Below are positions 61,979-64,000 of a DNA stretch of 64,000 bases, piece by piece. Within the stretch, counting starts at the first letter, position 1; each line of letters begins with the position of its first letter. The notes under the pieces were generated by a model, which made no database searches, was not told where the DNA came from, and saw only the letters and a list, made by a program, of their open reading frames with translations. The stretch is from Dehalococcoidia bacterium (GTDB taxonomy: Bacteria; Chloroflexota; Dehalococcoidia; Plut-88900): NCBI GenBank assembly GCA_965207225.1, contig CBDBLV010000005.1, forward strand, positions 1,472,001 through 1,536,000, written 5' to 3'. The translations under genes were made by a program, and so were the position numbers.

Positions 61979-64000
61979 CAGGAGTCGCCCTCCGTATCGA
62001 AGAGGCCCAGGGAGCAGATGATCTGAGGCTCCTGGGCATCGGCGGCTGCGTCCCCCGTCAGGCAGAGCCTGTCCTCCTCGCGCAGAGACATGACGATTTC
62101 GGCCAACTGGTCGTCGGAGACGCCGCTTCGGAGCTGCCGGTTCAGGGTGTCCACTGCCGACGGGCGCAGAGGATAGCGGTAGATGTCGTCGATGGCCTTG
62201 TGAAGTGCGTCTACGTCGAACAACTGACCCTTGATGGCGTCGGCGTGGGCTTTGAGGCGAGTGTAGGTGCGAAAGCGAGCGCCGGAGGGCCGTCCAAGCT
62301 GGCCTCCTACTCGCTTCTCCTCCCTAACGACGTGCCTAACGCCCTCGGCGACAAGCTCGTGGTGGCTCTCGTGGTGAGGCTGAGCCGGGGCGTCAGGCTT
62401 GCACTCTGCGGCGGAGAGGATTTCAAGCTGCGACTCGGTGATGCTTTGGCCCTTGCGGTCCACGTATGCGAGGGCGTCGTTGCCATCGGCGGTACGCATG
62501 AACACGAGCACGCCTTCGGGCCGTTGAGCGATGGGCGTGTGCTCCCGCGAGGAGAAGACGACGTCCGGCAAGTCGGCCACTGCCTTCTCCAATCGCGGGT
62601 CTGAGCCGATGGCGTTCTTCCAAATCTGGTAGGCGTGGGACGCCAAGTCCACGTCGCCCTCCGGGTCGCCGTCCAAGATGCCAGCTCGCTCGTGGTATAG
62701 GTTGAGAATGGCCTGATCGTCTTCTTCGTCCTCGAAGAACGCCTCGTCTGCGCCGACCACTTCGGCGTTCTCCCTGAGCCGCTCCCGGACCCGTCCGCGC
62801 AGGTCGATGATGCGCTCGACACCCTCGGCCGGTAAGAAGGAGTGGCAAAGAATCTCCTCCGCCTTCTGTCCGATGCGGTCGACGCGGCCCGCACGCTGGA
62901 TGAGACGGATGATGGCCCAGGGCAGGTCGTAGTTCACCACTACGTGGGAGTCCTGGAGGTTCTGGCCCTCACTTAGCACGTCGGTGGCAATCAGGACGCG
63001 AAGCTCACGCTCAGGTCTGCCCCGCCCCGGCCGCTGGTTGCTGTTCGGGCTGAATCGCCATGCCGAATCCGTGGGGTCGACGGAGTTGCCGGTAACTCCT
63101 GCCATGCCAGCCATCCCTCTCTTCCTGAGTTCGGCTTCCAAATAGTCAACGGTGTCGGCGAATTGAGAGAACACCAGCACCTTCTGGTCTGGGAAGGTCT
63201 CAGTCAGCAGTGAGTTGAGCGCGTCGAGCTTGGCGTCTTTGGCGGGGTCCCAGTCCCCGTAGGTCTGGAGTATGTCCATGAGGGCGTTGGAGTCCGACTG
63301 AAGCTCGCTCTCAAGAGAACTCTTGAACAGGTCGGCGCGGAGCCACTTGAATCGGCGACTATAGCGGCCCTCGTACTCGCCGTAGATCAGGGCCGCCCGC
63401 GCCTCAAAGTTGGAGGCAGTCCAAGCGCCGCTGGTCTGCTCGACCGCTTCATCCTGATCATCGTCGTCAGGGTCGAAGAGAGCGCCCTTCGCCTGGTCCG
63501 CGTCCTCGTCGGTGAATCGGGAGTCCAGCATCTCGGCGTCCTGCGTGCCGAGGGGCAAGGGCAGGCCGTTTCTGATCGCGTGGAGGAAGACGTAGTTGCG
63601 GAGCACGTGCCGCTCTACGGATTGCAGGAAGGACGCGCCACTGCTCTCCAGTCGTTTGAACAGGTTGGTGCGGCAGAATCCGATGAGCCGCTTGCCAGCC
63701 CGGGACAGGTCTTCAATCTGCCGCTCCTCTCCCTTACTAGGCGGCGTCTCCGGGTTGTCCAGCACGTAGTTGCCGAGTCCGTATCTAGGTAGATTCAATC
63801 GCTTTATGATCTCGACGACCCTTGCCGAATACAGCTTGGCGTACTGGTCGTTGGGGTTGGAGTCGTCGATGGCGAACTTGACTGTCTTAGGTACGCGGGT
63901 GGGGAAGAACGACTTCGTCCCGTCCTCGTAGGTGAGAAACTTACGGCCAGTCTCCAGGTCTGTCTCGGCGTAGTTGTCCTGGATGAAGCTGCGGGTGCGG
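61978..64000 (-). CDS. SNF2-like helicase (partial; runs off the window end)
   Basis: The frame is open to the window edge; FSQFADT, ATDVLSEGQNLQ and QRAGRVDRIG. Confidence 0.9.
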   Translation of the reverse strand, partial: RTRSFIQDNYAETDLETGRKFLTYEDGTKSFFPTRVPKTVKFAIDDSNPNDQYAKLYSARVVEIIKRLNLPRYGLGNYVLDNPETPPSKGEERQIEDLSRAGKRLIGFCRTNLFKRLESSGASFLQSVERHVLRNYVFLHAIRNGLPLPLGTQDAEMLDSRFTDEDADQAKGALFDPDDDDQDEAVEQTSGAWTASNFEARAALIYGEYEGRYSRRFKWLRADLFKSSLESELQSDSNALMDILQTYGDWDPAKDAKLDALNSLLTETFPDQKVLVFSQFADTVDYLEAELRKRGMAGMAGVTGNSVDPTDSAWRFSPNSNQRPGRGRPERELRVLIATDVLSEGQNLQDSHVVVNYDLPWAIIRLIQRAGRVDRIGQKAEEILCHSFLPAEGVERIIDLRGRVRERLRENAEVVGADEAFFEDEEDDQAILNLYHERAGILDGDPEGDVDLASHAYQIWKNAIGSDPRLEKAVADLPDVVFSSREHTPIAQRPEGVLVFMRTADGNDALAYVDRKGQSITESQLEILSAAECKPDAPAQPHHESHHELVAEGVRHVVREEKRVGGQLGRPSGARFRTYTRLKAHADAIKGQLFDVDALHKAIDDIYRYPLRPSAVDTLNRQLRSGVSDDQLAEIVMSLREEDRLCLTGDAAADAQEPQIICSLGLFDTEGDS

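Overview
Accessory or island-type bacterial DNA with no housekeeping genes, rRNA, intact tRNA or CRISPR array. The content (TPR, plant-type LRR, cadherin/Ig-like proteins, a serpin and GAF-PAS-HK-REC-wHTH all-in-one regulators) resembles host-associated Chloroflexota such as sponge SAR202; this is inference only. Four blocks: (1) 1-13 kb, TPR, serpin and HNH genes plus a patchwork of small, partly phage-like ORFs. (2) 13-36 kb, three paralogous hybrid kinase/regulator genes (only one intact) around an NHLP (nitrile-hydratase-leader) RiPP locus with HlyD, two ABC exporters (one with a C39 peptidase), one uncharacterised enzyme-like ORF, eight tandem precursors whose short hypervariable cores all contain Trp and lack Cys, leader/core relics in the spacers, and a SAM methyltransferase that shares a duplicated promoter, RBS and N-terminus with the intact regulator. 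(3) 36-45 kb, a secreted repeat protein, an amidohydrolase and a DUF4328 protein. (4) 45-64 kb, a PRTRC ubiquitin-like module abutting a co-oriented defence operon (helicase, Eco57I-like MTase, pentapeptide-FRG, PIN TA pair, CD-NTase-like, DprA/SLOG, GHKL-nuclease, Vsr-Dcm fusion). The best novelty candidate is the Trp-core NHLP RiPP system, which lacks any canonical maturase in the window. All family assignments are by eye from motifs; no database searches were run.
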